Below, piece by piece: positions 29,039-42,343 of a stretch of DNA of 64,000 nt; within the stretch, counting starts at the first letter, position 1, and every line of letters begins with the position of its first letter. Under the pieces are notes generated by a model, which worked only from the letters and a program-made list of their open reading frames with translations, was not told the DNA's origin and did no database searches. The stretch comes from Paramecium tetraurelia (lineage: Eukaryota), in the NCBI GenBank assembly GCA_000165425.1, contig CT868008.1, forward strand, positions 62,001 to 126,000, in the 5' to 3' direction. The position numbers and the translations under genes were made by a program.

Positions 29039-29767
29039 AACAATTTCTCATTTTTATTATCATATGTTTTAAACTTCTTTTAAGTTCATGAATCATAAAC
29101 GATTAATTTGTTTATTAAACTCAAAGTAAAAGTATTACCTTCCTTATGTTTATCTCTGAATTATTTCTAATTATTTATTTATCATTCATAAAATCTCAAT
29201 ATTGATATAGGTTGTAGTTATCATCATTTTTTGGAAAAGTGGATTTAATTCTATATCTTTTCTCAATACAAGGAATAATTATTGTCGCTAATAATGAAAT
29301 AAGCGGGATTTAAAAATACAGAAGACAAATATAAAGACATCAAATTAGATTTTGTTATTCATAATTATTTTTATATAGATTGTGTATAAGAAGAATAATA
29401 TTATTTCTTTTCCAAATCCTGAAGTAATGAATGAATTTTTTAAGGAAAAATAGAAAATTTAGTAAAGTAATTTGAAAATTTTAATAAAAGGTTATAAGAT
29501 TTTTCTAATTATTTTTTGATTTTGATGTCATTAAATTGAAAAAAAATGAATTGAATGTTAATATTAAATATGTTATCGATTTCATTATACTTAAAAGATA
29601 AATGAATCTATGTTAACGTATAACAATATTATAAAATGTTTTACAATTGTAATCAATGTATCTATATGAAGATTTAACTGATTTCATTACACTATTTATG
29701 ATAAAATAACATAAATAATGAAGTAGGAAGATATTTAATTGATATTTTTGTATAAATATTTTAGTTT

Positions 29768-31262
29768 ATGATTAATTCATTAAAACTCAGATCTAAAGAT
29801 ATCAAGTGCCCAAAACATAATAATGAAATAACAAGTCTGTGCATAACAGAGAAATTTTCTATGAAAAATCGAGTGTTATGTGAGAATTGTAAAAAAGATA
29901 AATCCACCTACCCTAATTGGACACCTCTTGAAGATATTGAAGAATTAGTTAGAAATATAGCAGAATGTGAGAAAATAACAAAATCTAATGTTATCAAGGT
30001 GATTTCAATATTGAAAAAGGATATCATCTAAGACTTGGAGTAATTAGAATAAAAAGTCCTAGAAATTCAAGAAAAATTTGATCATACGAGGTTGATCAAA
30101 AAGATAATGAATTAAAATTAGATTATACTTTGCGATTTATAAGATTTGTCAGAAAATCTAAGTTATTTAACTCTATATTCCTAATTCAAAAATATTAATA
30201 AATCCCAACTCCAAAGTGAGTAATTTCAACCCATTTTCACATAATTGGCATCAACAAGGTAATAAATAAAACAGATATACGAACGTGTACTTTAGATAGA
30301 AGCAGAAGTATATATATTAAATAGTAACTAATTAGGAAAACACTGTTCCAGATTATAAATTATTATTTAAATCAACTCCTGTTATAATCCCAGCACATGA
30401 TTTTGCAATAAATTCAGTAGTGATAACTCCTGATTGTACTAAAGTCATAACTGCAAGTAGTGAAGGTAAGTTGAAAATTTGGGACGCTTCTACTCACACA
30501 GAAATATGCTAGATAAGCGATAATTTCGATTATGCTTTTTGTGTTGATATTTCAGATGATGGTCAGCATATTGCAGCCTGTGGGTCAAATGATTACATCA
30601 TTAGAATTTGGAATATAAATGATACAAAAGAGCCAATATTCAGGTTAAAATACCATACGAAAACTGTTGAAAGAATCAAATTTGTACCATAGTCGTCGTA
30701 ATTGGTATCAATTAGCTAAGATCATTAAGTAATTATTTGGCATGAAACTAAACCTGAACCATCGCGTATTTTGAAACATCACAAAAGTTCAGTCAAAGGA
30801 ATAGCAATTTCTAATAATTGTAAATTGATGGCTACATCAGCTCTAGACAAACAACTCATTATTTGGAATATCTAAAATAATTTTTCAATAGTTCATTAAG
30901 TACAACCTCACAAAACTACATGCAATTGTGTACAATTCTCAAAAGATTTAAAATATATGGTTACAGGAGGAGAAGATGGTATTGTAAAATTATGGAAGGT
31001 GTAGAACTGGGAACCAATACTAGAATTCATAGGACATACATCATTTGTTTGGAATGTTTAATTCTCCAATCATAATAATCTAATCATATCGTCTTCAACC
31101 AAAGATATTCGAATTTGGAATATAACATCTGAATAATAATAATAATTCTTTAGCATTTAACAAGATTATTACCCTAATTTTTATCTGTCTAATAACCATC
31201 AGTTATTATGTACAGGATAATAAAATGGTGAATTATATTTATGGAAATCTGCCCAAAATTGA
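29768..31262 (+). CDS. WD40-repeat protein with N-terminal Cys/His (B-box-like) motif and coiled coil
   Basis: KCPKH..LC..VLCENC, then about 7 WD repeats (AHDFAINSV..KIWD; YHTKTVERI; HHKSSVKGI; GHTSFVWNV). Confidence 0.88.
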
Positions 31263-31355
31263 TTTGAGAATTATTAAAGAATTTATAAAAATTATTGAAT
31301 TATGTTTTATATTGCCTCTTATTAAGAATGCAATAAATCAAATAAATAAAAAATA

Positions 31356-31427
31356 TAGCAGAGAGTGGTTTCGATCCACCGACCTTTGAGTTATGAGCCC
31401 AACGCGATTCCACTTCGCCACCCTGCT
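31356..31427 (-). tRNA. Initiator tRNA-Met (CAT)
   Basis: AGCAGGGTGGCGAAGTGGAATCGCGTTGGGCTCATAACTCAAAGGTCGGTGGATCGAAACCACTCTCTGCTA: A1-U72 pair, CAT anticodon, eukaryotic initiator T-loop GATCGAAA, T-run terminator just downstream. Confidence 0.96.
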
Positions 31428-32009
31428 CATGTTAATAAATTATTCTAGATTTTCTTTAGATATAATTTTACAATACAATTTTCTCTAAGGCAACTTTTTA
31501 ATACTTCAACTTTTAATTAAAGTACTTTTATAATATCTAATACTATTTATAATATATTATTATAATTATTGTTACTTTAAAGAGTATTGATAATATAAAA
31601 TAGTTAAGAATATATAATTGTTATTAAGAAAATAGAATTATACTAGATTCATTATTTTTTAGTTAATGCTTTATATTTTTAAATGATAATGTTCTTATTC
31701 ATAAAATTTGAATAAGAATTAATTTAAAATAATTTAAAATTAAATAAAGTTATAATGTAAAAAACATGCACAGAGAGCTACTTATAAGCTTTTAATTAAA
31801 GATCATTTAAATTAAAATGTTAAAACATTTAATAAAAAATAACGAGTTGTATAAGAAGCGAAAGATGGAGGAAGCGAATAGAGAGAAAGATAGAAGAGCT
31901 AAAGAGGTTAAATGGGATAAATTAGTTTGATTTATTTTATTTTGTTTTTTCTTCTCCAGAAAGGGTAGAATAATAATAATAATAATAATTTAAAAGTTGA
32001 AAACTTAAA

Positions 32010-33321
32010 TCATTTTTTCATAGATTTAGACTTGAAATCTCTTTAGACATATGGGTTAGAAACATTATACGCTGCCTTAGGAGATTATGCTCTCTACTTC
32101 ATAGGTTTAAATTGAGAATTTGGATATGGACCTGATTCATATTTCTATCCTGAGCTTGTATTCCCTTTATAAGGAGTGGTTTAAACTCTAGGGGCTTTCA
32201 ACTAATTTGGGGCTGTTTAAGGTCTACGGGTTCCAGTAAATCCATTTTAATTTTATTATTGCTACTTTTAAAAAAACTAATCTCTTGAATCCATAAAACT
32301 ATTTTATTAAACTCTTTATTGTTCTACATTATTTCAAATAATTTACGTATTTGTTATACTGATGATGGTCTTTGAGGTAAAATTGAAGATGTTTACAAGG
32401 GACTTTATTTTTGTTGATCAGGTTAATTTAGATTCTTAGCTTATTAATCATAAATATTTGAATTCTATTCGTAATTTATTTTTTATTATTGTTACTTCAA
32501 TAGTAATTAAAACTTTGGGTCTATTTATTTCGAAGAACCAGACACTTTTATGATTGGTTTAATAACTTTAAATACGCTTTTACTTTTGGAGAAGATTATT
32601 TTATCATAAGGAGGAATTTACATTGTAATTTTATCAGTAAATTTCAATCTAATTAAATTAAATAAATCACTTGAATTCTTTTGGCTTAGAATCAAGATCT
32701 TTAAATTCTGCTACACCCTAAGGCTAAGAATTTAGATAAGTGTTCCTTATTAATATTTCATCATTCTCTCCTTAAGTGTATAATTCATCCCAATTAAAAG
32801 TTTTTGCTCCATATCCTTATTTCTGCAATCTGGTTTCTATTGATAATAGTTAATTAAAAAAATGAGCTTTCATTTCTAGATCTGGTCTTCGATTATGCAT
32901 AAATTGTAAAGTCTTATAAAGAGTCCATCTATATTTTTTCATTAAATAAACGCATAAAACTGCTACAGATCTATTATGTCCTTTTGCTGAAAGCACAATC
33001 ACACTTTCCCCATTAATCAAAGCATCATCAATGAATTTTATTGCTATGTTTATACTCTCATCTGATTAAAAAATAATCTAAATATAGTCATATATACTTA
33101 TTGGTTATTATCTATCCAAGGAAATGACATATATATGATCCCTATAGATTCCCAGTGATTAGGTATTTATTTTGATGCGCAATTTATTATTCTTGATATT
33201 TTATTTGTGACAATAAATTCCAGATCCTGATTAAATTGAAAAGGTATACCTAGGATGCAAATTGATCCCCTAAAAATAAACCATCCTTCACCTTTATCGC
33301 TCCCATATAATCATAATTCAT
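32010..33321 (-). CDS. Dual-specificity phosphatase domain protein lacking the catalytic Cys (pseudophosphatase)
   Basis: KVKDGLFLGDQFASQDLEFIVTNKISRIINCA...GESVIVLSAKGHNRSVAVLCVYLMKKYRWTLYKTLQFMHNRRP, followed by a long low-complexity tail. Confidence 0.85.
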
Positions 33322-33836
33322 TAATTTTTCTTTTAAATTGATAAAATAATATATATATCAAATTAAATATAAAGTCTAATTTCCAATTTATTAACCTCTT
33401 TCAAAAATTATATTAATTTCAAATTATCTTTACTATTAATGCAGTATCTTGGCATTCAAAAGGAATCTCAGAAATAAATATTTTTGATTAATTTGAGTGA
33501 AAAAAAGACTGACAGATTGATATTGACTTTCTGGTATTACTTAAAATGTTCAAATAGAAATTGTATTTCTATATAAGAATGGTGACTCGAATTTTTATAA
33601 ATTTCAGTGTCTTATAAACTAAAAAAACAATAAACAAATAAATCTCCAATAAAAATACACAATAACATATAAATATAAAAAAAATAAAAAAAATAATCTA
33701 AAAAAAAACAAATTTAAAAAAAATAAACTATTTAATAATAAAAAAAAAATCTAAAATATTAATTCACCCACAAAAAATAACAACTATATTCAACACTATA
33801 AATATCCAACATCAAACACTCACTTCAAAACCCCTA

Positions 33837-33986
33837 NNNNNNNNNNNNNNNNNNNNNNNNNNNNNNNNNNNNNNNNNNNNNNNNNNNNNNNNNNNNNNNN
33901 NNNNNNNNNNNNNNNNNNNNNNNNNNNNNNNNNNNNNNNNNNNNNNNNNNNNNNNNNNNNNNNNNNNNNNNNNNNNNNNNNNNNNN
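33837..33986. other. Assembly gap (150 N)
   Basis: Run of N flanked by degraded, low-complexity sequence. Confidence 1.
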
Positions 33987-34712
33987 ATTTAAATTTCAAA
34001 TTTCCTTCCCTTTAAATCCGGTTTTTGGGCCTCAAAAAGGAATTTCAAAATTAAATTTTTTTAATAAATTTAAGGAAAAAAAGAATGACAGATGGTTTTG
34101 GCTTTTCGGGTTTTCTTAAATTTTTAAATAGAAATGTATTTCTTATAAAGAAAGGTGACTGGAATTTTATAAAATTCAGAGTCTAGTTTTTAAATAACTT
34201 TAATTTGAATTCTCTATTTATGGTCACTTTTACAGTGATTGTTTAAAATTTTTAAATTATAAAGCTTAATATTTCAATTTCTATTAAATATATTAGTGAT
34301 GTCCCGTAAAGAACAATTGTTTTTAATCTTCATTATATTTAATAGAAGCTATTAGATTAAGCTCAATCTTTTAAAAATAATTGAAAATTGAATCTTTACA
34401 TATAAATACTCACTGATTATCAAGCGATGAAAATCCATTTAAATTCATTACATATTAGATTTTCAGAGTTAATAACTAAAAGGTTTAATAGCATATTTCA
34501 ATCAATTGTTATTTAGCATTTCATTACTAATATTACGCGTAGATTTAGAAAAAAGAAAAACTGAAAATTTTTAAATTTAACATGATATTATTAATGAAAT
34601 TATTTCATACCACTTTACATCTTTAATTTTTACACTGTAAATAACAAGATGATCTATTAAGTTAATCCAATATTCAATAAATAAAATTAAGAATTTGATG
34701 CAAACTAAGTTG

Positions 34713-35075
34713 TCATAATATAATTTCTATTTAATCATATAAATTTTATTAAGATTCATCAATTTCTTTCTTTTGATCTCTTGAGTTATTCTAGTCTGTT
34801 TCATCAAGTTCTATAAAGTTCTCTCTCTATGCCAACAATTTAGATTTATTTAATTAAAAATCTAATTCTGGTTAAACAGAGGGTATTTAAGTCCACAATC
34901 CTTTTTCAATCCAATTCATAATAGTAGATGACGAAATATTATATTGTTAAGCCATAGTTTAGATTCTTAATTTAGATGGCTTAGTTCCTAGTTATTTTAA
35001 GACCATAACTTTCTAATCAAATGACAGATGTTTCTTTTTGATTCCTCCATTTCGATGAAAATGTTATTTTTTCAT
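34713..35075 (-). CDS. Small HTH (psq/CENP-B N-terminal-like) protein, 120 aa
   Basis: Intronless: MKKQHFHRNGGIKKKHLSFDQKVMVLKQLGTKPSKLRIQTMAQQYNISSSTIMNWIEKG... Confidence 0.65.
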
Positions 35076-35196
35076 TAAATATATATAAAACTAAATTTTA
35101 GTAACCAAATTTTCAAGAAATAAAGAAAAAAATTGGGATGAAAAATAGATATTGATATATTGATTAATGATATATTGAATAATTCATGATTTTGGA

Positions 35197-36909
35197 TCAT
35201 ATTTGTTTTGTAATTTCTTTAATAGATCATCAACATTAGAAGCTTGATCTTATTACTTTGGTACTTCTTAGAATTCCTATTAATAAATATAGAATTAAAC
35301 CTTTTCGTTTATGCCTGATATAACCATTTATTGGACTTGATCTTCAGCTTTCTTGGCCCTAGCTTTGAATGATTCAGCTTCTTCCTTATATTTATTCATT
35401 TTTGCTTTCATTTATTCAATTTAATTGCTCTAATACCAATAAATTCAATAAAATACTTATGATTCAAGTTCTCTAATTTTTTTCTCTAATTCTATATTCT
35501 TTTATAATTGTTATTCATATTGTTATTTCATGAATGCATATCTCTCATCCTATAACTTTAATTTATGTTGCATTGATTAAATTTCTTAACTGGCTTATCC
35601 AGATTTTTTCATTAATTCAATAGTCGATAAATGCTCATTAATTTCTTATGATTTCTTTTAGTTTTCAATTTCTAAGGCTTAAATTTTAGAATCTTTTTCC
35701 TTCATTTTGTTATTCAAAGCTTCAACTAATTTAGTATTGGTGTTATCTCCTTGTAAGAAGTCTTTGACAATGATCTAATATTAATAAATATGATTATACA
35801 GAGTCTGGTCTAGAAAAACTATAGATTTGATCATTAGTAAAAGCTAATTTACCATCCTTTTGTAAGCTTTCAATTTCAGGATTCTTAATTATCTTTTTCT
35901 CTTATTAGACAGTCAAAGAGGTTGGAATTTTAACATGTTATGTATTTTCTAGTAATAATAATGATTATTACACACAATCCATTAATGCTCTTTTATTTAC
36001 TAACAAGTAAATCTTTTTCCAGGTTCCTTAACCAAGATCTTTTTAATGAGATCTTATGCTTATGCTGGGAATGTAGGAGGAAACTAAAATCTCAAATTCA
36101 CTATATTGTCTTTGGTTGTTTTCTCAACGAAGGTCTGATTATTGATATTAATTTGTGGAGCAAATGGACTAAGACCAGTTAATAATTCAAAGCAGAGTAC
36201 ACCAACAGCCCAAATATCTACTTGATGATCGTGCTGCCTGGATTTTTCTAACATTTCTGGGGCCAAATAGTCTAAGGTACCACAAAATGTTTATCTGATT
36301 TCATTAGGCTTCAAGAAGTTAGACCAACCAAAGTCAGCCAATTTAATATCTTATTTTTCATCTAACAATAGATTTTCTGGTTTAATATCTCTATGAACAA
36401 TGTTTTTGGAATGAATATTTTCTAATGCAAGACATGCTTAAAGTATAAATTTTGCCGATGTTTTTTCATCAAACTTTTTTTACGGCTATCTCCACAAGAC
36501 TGCATATAATTATCCCTAAGATTAATTTAAAAATTACTCCTCCAACAAATTCTAAAATCAAATACACATTTATGTCATCTTCAAAATGATTGTACAACTT
36601 CAATATATATGGATGATTGAGTGAATACATGATTTTCACTTCGTTCTACATTTATTCAACCATATTAGTTTTCTTAAGCATTGCCTTTTCCACTATTTTG
36701 ATCGCATATACAATATTTGTTTTTTTGTGAGTTACTTTCTTTACTACTCCAAATGCCCCTATTCAAATATCCTAAATAACTGTACCCTAACCAAGGATTT
36801 TTAACTCTTCGAAATCCTCTCTCTTTGATTCAGGTTCCCAACCTGCTTAGACTGTTGGAGATAAAAAGAATAATCTCTCTCTCACTTTATTAAGAACAGG
36901 TGATGCCAT
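35197..36909 (-). CDS. Aurora-like Ser/Thr kinase with C-terminal coiled coil
   Basis: [63 protein letters not shown]. Confidence 0.9.
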
Positions 36910-37008
36910 TTTATATATTAATTATAAACTTATTAATTTCTTTATGTCTGATTTCAATAAATCAAATGATTGTATGGAATCACTAAGAAAATAAATAAAT
37001 TTAATATT

Positions 37009-37790
37009 ATGAATAAATTTAGCAGAGAAGAATTTCTATTCTTAGCTAAAATCGCCTAACAAACAGAAAGGTTCAACGATATGATAGAATTCATTAAACA
37101 TTTCCTTGATTAAGAACTTAATAAAGAAGAGAGAAGTATATTATCAGCTGCATACAAAAATGTGGTATTCAAATTTATTACTCTATCAAAGGTTGGTAAC
37201 AAAAGAGCTGAATTAAGAGTTTTGACTGCTATTGAATAAAAAGAATCCAGAAAATAAACAGATCAATACACCCTTAATTATATTAGAAATTACAAACATA
37301 AAATTGAAGGAGAACTGAAAAATTCTTGTGCTGAAATTTTGAGTTTAATTGATACCGCCTTATATCCTAATTCCAAGTAAGTTGATAGTAAAGTCTTCTA
37401 TTTGAAAATGAAAGGTGATTACAACAGATATCTTGCTGAATTTTTATTAGATAATGAATATCATGCAGCTGTTGATTAAGCAACCCAAGCTTATAAGTAA
37501 TACTTCAATAAATTATTAGAGAAGCAGACGTTTTGGCCAAGTCAAATTTGTCTACTACTTCTCCTATCAGATTAGGTTTACATTTAAACTAATCAGTGTT
37601 TTATTATGAAATTTTGCAAAATGCAGCAGAAGCAATACGAATTGCTAATGATGCCTTTGAATAAGCTATTGCTTAGGTGGACTCTGTAAATGAAGAAAAC
37701 TATAAGGATTGTACACTAATCATGCAATTATTAAGAGACAATCTGACATTATGGAATAATCCAGAAGAGGAAGCTAATGATGATTAATGA
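37009..37790 (+). CDS. 14-3-3 protein
   Basis: [77 protein letters not shown]. Confidence 0.97.
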
Positions 37791-38221
37791 TTTTAAATTG
37801 ATATCATCTTATAAGTAACTTAGCTGTAATTTACACTTTAAAAATGAATAGAAGTTGTTAAATATATAAAAAACTACATTATATATCAGTTATATAGAAA
37901 ATCAATTAAAATGATTTTAATGATTTTATACATAATTGATATAAGACATTTAAACAAATTAAATTTCTCTTAAAGTTTAAATTTCATCTTCTTAGTATTT
38001 TTATAAATAATAATTATTATAAAATCCACTTTAACATTATATATAAAAAAAAGCCTAAATTACATTAAAATAACATGTTCAATAGTTGGTAGAAGTAATG
38101 ATAATAAGCATCATAATTAATGAAATGGGACATCAGACTAAAGTTTTGTTGAGTAAATAAAAATAATATTATTAATAATTTTTAGTTTTATTCGCTAAAC
38201 TACAAAAATATAATAGATGAT

Positions 38222-39249
38222 TCATAATTAAAATATTATCACTTCTAATTCAAAATTTTGAATCCACATCTTTTTAATGGCTCTTCATAGAAAGATTCTT
38301 CAGTTGAATAAGATATAGGTCTGATATTAAAATAATCCAGCTCATTTTATTTCACTCTTTCTTAAGCTAACCATTTCTAATCACATTCTGTTACAAAGTA
38401 TGTATATTCAAAAAATAAATTCTTTTCTTCGTCTTTTATAAAAAAACCTTAGACTAAAAGAGTAGCAGTAAATTGATCTCCATTATAATTCATATATTGT
38501 CTTTTGATTGGTTATTGGCCAACAATCCCTTTAAATGTCTTATAAAATACATTCAATTATTAATCATTTTAATCATAAAATGCACTAATAGGGATTAACT
38601 GGGTTTCATTACAATAATGAAAGAACATCTCCTCTGATATAGCCAAAATTCTTAGTTATTCTAGATTAAAAATCTTTTAAAATGTTTTCCATATACCATC
38701 TTTATAAATATTCACATAAACTGCATAAGGCTTTCCTTAAATCTTTTATTCAAAATCTACCATTTCCTGTATTTTAGATGGAATGAATTTAGTTGGGTCA
38801 AGGTTTCTGTTATTATATTTCATGAATGTTTAAGCTAATTTCTAGTTTCTATCTTTAAATATAGAATACAGAACTTCTGGTGGAGTTATGGGCCTATCTA
38901 TTTAATCTAAAGTTAGTATTATTAGATTTTTCCTTTTATCAATTCTGGCAATTTTGTAATTGTTGGAATGAGGATCAACAAAGAGCGAACCTAATGAATT
39001 ATCCTTATTGATATTTAAGGAAAATTGAATGTTTGATTTCAATCTAAAAACATTATTATTTGGGATAGTTGTTGGAATATTTTAAACAATCAGCAAAGAG
39101 TCATTTTTTTATTTAGCATTCTATGTATCATCGTCAAACTTATATGGTATAGTATATTAATTCTTTCTTTTGTTTTTTTTAATTCTTTTTTTCAAGAGTT
39201 ATCTCCATTCTTCCCTTATGCTTGAGATATTTCGAATGATCAAAGACAT
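38222..39249 (-). CDS. Hypothetical protein
   Basis: Long frame starting MSLIIRNISSIREEWRQLLKKR; probably contains an intron; 3' end approximate. Confidence 0.55.
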
Positions 39250-40464
39250 ATCTCGAATAAAAGAACTTAATTAATTCTTAAAATACTACAACCGAATCTG
39301 TGGTTAAATATATAAAATATTCAATAGGTTCATTACGTCAATAACTTTAAATGAATATGTTGAGTAACATTTCATTCAAATCATTGACCCAAATTGTTTC
39401 TATGGTCTCTTAATATCCATACACTTGTATAACCCATACATAACATAGAAGAAAGAATAATGTAAGTTCCAGATACAAACAATTATAATTTAGTAAAGTG
39501 GGAGTTCTTAAAATACTATCAACACTTTCTTTTATATTAAACTTAAATTAAAATTAATTGAAATCATAAATCGAAATATTTTTGCCAACCTCATCATTAA
39601 AATGTGTGATTACAATATATTTGTGAATAATAAAATAAATTAATTTTATATTAAATGTGCAAAATCAATTTTTAAAACCTAATATATTCATTAATCGCAC
39701 ATTACTATTTACTTTAAATATCTCTATATTTGCTGTATCACATATCATAATTTAATTGTTGTATAATATCCTTAAACTTTGAAAGTTTATCACCTATGTT
39801 TTTCTAGTTAGACTATTAAATCTTTGGTCTTAATTTATTTCGCTTGTATTAAGGTTCTTCATTATGTAAGGATTTATTGTTGTAACTCTTTGGCAATCTC
39901 CAATTTTATCAAAATTTATGATCCAATTAAATTTAGTCTTATTATTATCAGATTCTGATATTTTTCTATTCTACATACAGCAGGACTTAAATTTATTTTT
40001 TTCTTATTAAATTGGATTCATACTTTAATAAAATTATTTCTCATAGGCCTGCTTTTCAAAATAATGTTGAGGTTTTTCAGTTTGACATCCTTTTACTCAT
40101 TAGCTTCATCAGCTTAAGAATCTAATATATAAATATTTTCAATTAATTCTAAATTAAATATTCTAATTATGTGATAGATAGGATTATGAATAGCATTTGA
40201 TATTTCAGGTTTTTGTTATCATTATTGCTCCCATCTATATTTCTATTTAGTCACTTTTGCTGGATATAGATAGCCTTCAGATTAAAAATCATTTGCATCC
40301 CTCTTTAGAATAACTCTAAATGATATCGAAAGATTATGTTACTAATTTAATTTCATATTTTTATATTAGAGCTTTATCTTGAAAAGGATTAAGAAGAAAA
40401 ATAATTATTATTTCCAATGTAAATAAAATATAATTCGAACAAATTTAATTTGTTTTATAATTAA

Positions 40465-41205
40465 TCATTTATAATTTAATTTAAAGCTTAATAATTCAGC
40501 AGCTTGCATTGTTAACCTGGTCAACTTTTAATATTTCTCTTTTGTTGTATTTAATTTATTTGATTATTATTATTGACTATTATATGTACATGATTTTAAG
40601 GCTCGATCTCTCCATAATTCTAAGATTTCCATTAAAGGATCATGTTTTATTTGTTCTACTTCTTTTTTCATCTCTTCCTATAGTTCTATCAATTTTTATT
40701 AACCAATCATAATTTCTCTTCGCTAATTCTCAATAAATTCTTAGGCTTTTAAATTCTTCTGATAATGATCAATTTCATGATGAAGTTAAAAGTTCTCTTA
40801 TTCCAAATCCAATATTGTTGTTTACATTGAATTGTGCTCTTATTATTGTTGATGGCAAAAATTAGTAATACGTTGCATTTCCAATTAATCTTAATCGTAC
40901 AATTATTTTAATTGCTAAAAATTCTGTTAAATTAAATTCAAATGATATTCTAGTCTCTTACACTCGTTTTATAATCTAACATTTTAATCACTAAGCTAAG
41001 ATTGTTCATTTTATTTAAATACCTTTTAATTTTATATTAATAACTATTCATTCAAGTTTTACTATTACTTTTAAATCGGTTATTAATAGAGAAACGAATT
41101 GGAGTTCTCTTTATAATGTTAAGTTTGACATCTCACTCTTTCAGTATTTATTGTATTTGCAAATGTCTGACTTTGATTTGTATTCAACACTTAATGATAA
41201 TACAT
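40465..41205 (-). CDS. Coiled-coil hypothetical protein
   Basis: Starts MYYHQVLNTNQSQTF, one 27-nt intron, Q/E/L heptad-rich. Confidence 0.6.
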
Positions 41206-41538
41206 TTTACTAACTGTTAATATTATAAATTAAAATTTATAATTAAGAAGTTCTAAAATATATATACTATACATCTATATTACTTAGAATCATCACTAAA
41301 TATAGTATTGAAAAAGAATTTGTCTTTTAAAGTTCAATTTCATATATCTTTATGTGCTTATTATTTGGACATTAAAACAACAATATAAAATATTGAAGTT
41401 TGAGTTCGTTAGCCTATAATTAGATTAAATCCAAATTATTTAATTTATGTGTTTCTAAATTTTAAGACCTTCTAAATTTTGCTGTAATTACATTATGTTG
41501 TTATAAAATAAATCTTAATTAAATATATTAATTAATTA

Positions 41539-41876
41539 ATGGGAGCAGCCATTGCAGTAAGAAATAGACATTGGTGGTTTAGAGGTCTTTACGATGATTA
41601 CATTGGAAGAGAAACAAGACTTTCATTTGGGTTAGCAGCAGTAATTTGGATTCCTCATTATGTGTATATCATTAAGTTAATCATAGCTATGGTGTCTACT
41701 TAAACAGAACAATTGAAACTAATACATCACATAAGATTTACTCTATGGAAGTTGGACCATCTAGAAATAGATTGACTCATTCAATGATCTTTGAGTAATT
41801 TGAAATGGTTTTGGAAAATTGGGAAGAATTAAATAAAGAATATGCAGAAAAAGGGAAAAAAATGCTTGAAGAATGA
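41539..41876 (+). CDS. Small single-TM protein; probable ciliate mitochondrial respiratory complex (cytochrome c oxidase) accessory subunit
   Basis: MGAAIAVRNRHWWFRGLYDDYIGRETRLSFGLAAVIWIPHYVYGVYLNR...PSRNRLTHSMIFEQFEMVLENWEEL; one 23-nt intron. Family assignment is from recollection of Tetrahymena complex IV subunits, unverified. Confidence 0.55.
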
Positions 41877-42343
41877 AATTGGGCAATATTAATATTATAA
41901 ATAAATATACAAAACACAACTTTATTATTATGTATGAAAATAGTTCTAGAATATTTTGGTATATGATTTGTGAAAATAAATATAAATATCCTAACTCCAA
42001 TGATCCCATAGAATTCAATTATTGTAATTTTATAACTATTAACCATTAAAAAATAATTGCCAAAAGGCGAAGTAGGTGGCTATTTATTCTATTTAAAAAT
42101 AAATCAGCTAATTAATGGCAAATTTTAGTTTGGATTTTTTGTATAAAGTCTTTTAATATATATTTAAGTATATAATGAATACTTTAGACCTATTTGTATA
42201 ACACAATATATTAAGTAGACTTGAAAAAGCTTTGGCTAACATGATCCTTCTTTCATTTTTATTATGATTCAATTTAATTATATTATAATTGATTATAAAA
42301 GGGATTGATAGTGTTTATACTTTAAAATATTTTTGATTATTTT

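Noticed and set aside
33620..33836. A/C-rich run ending caaaacccct next to the gap, telomere-like
   Set aside because: No tandem C4A2/C3A3 repeats; looks like degraded trace sequence
33501..34190. Imperfect direct duplication of ~110 bp on both sides of the N gap (33501-33615 vs ~34076-34185), suggestive of LTRs or a target duplication
   Set aside because: Differences are homopolymer slips and miscalls typical of low-quality read ends, so these are probably overlapping contig ends (assembly artefact)
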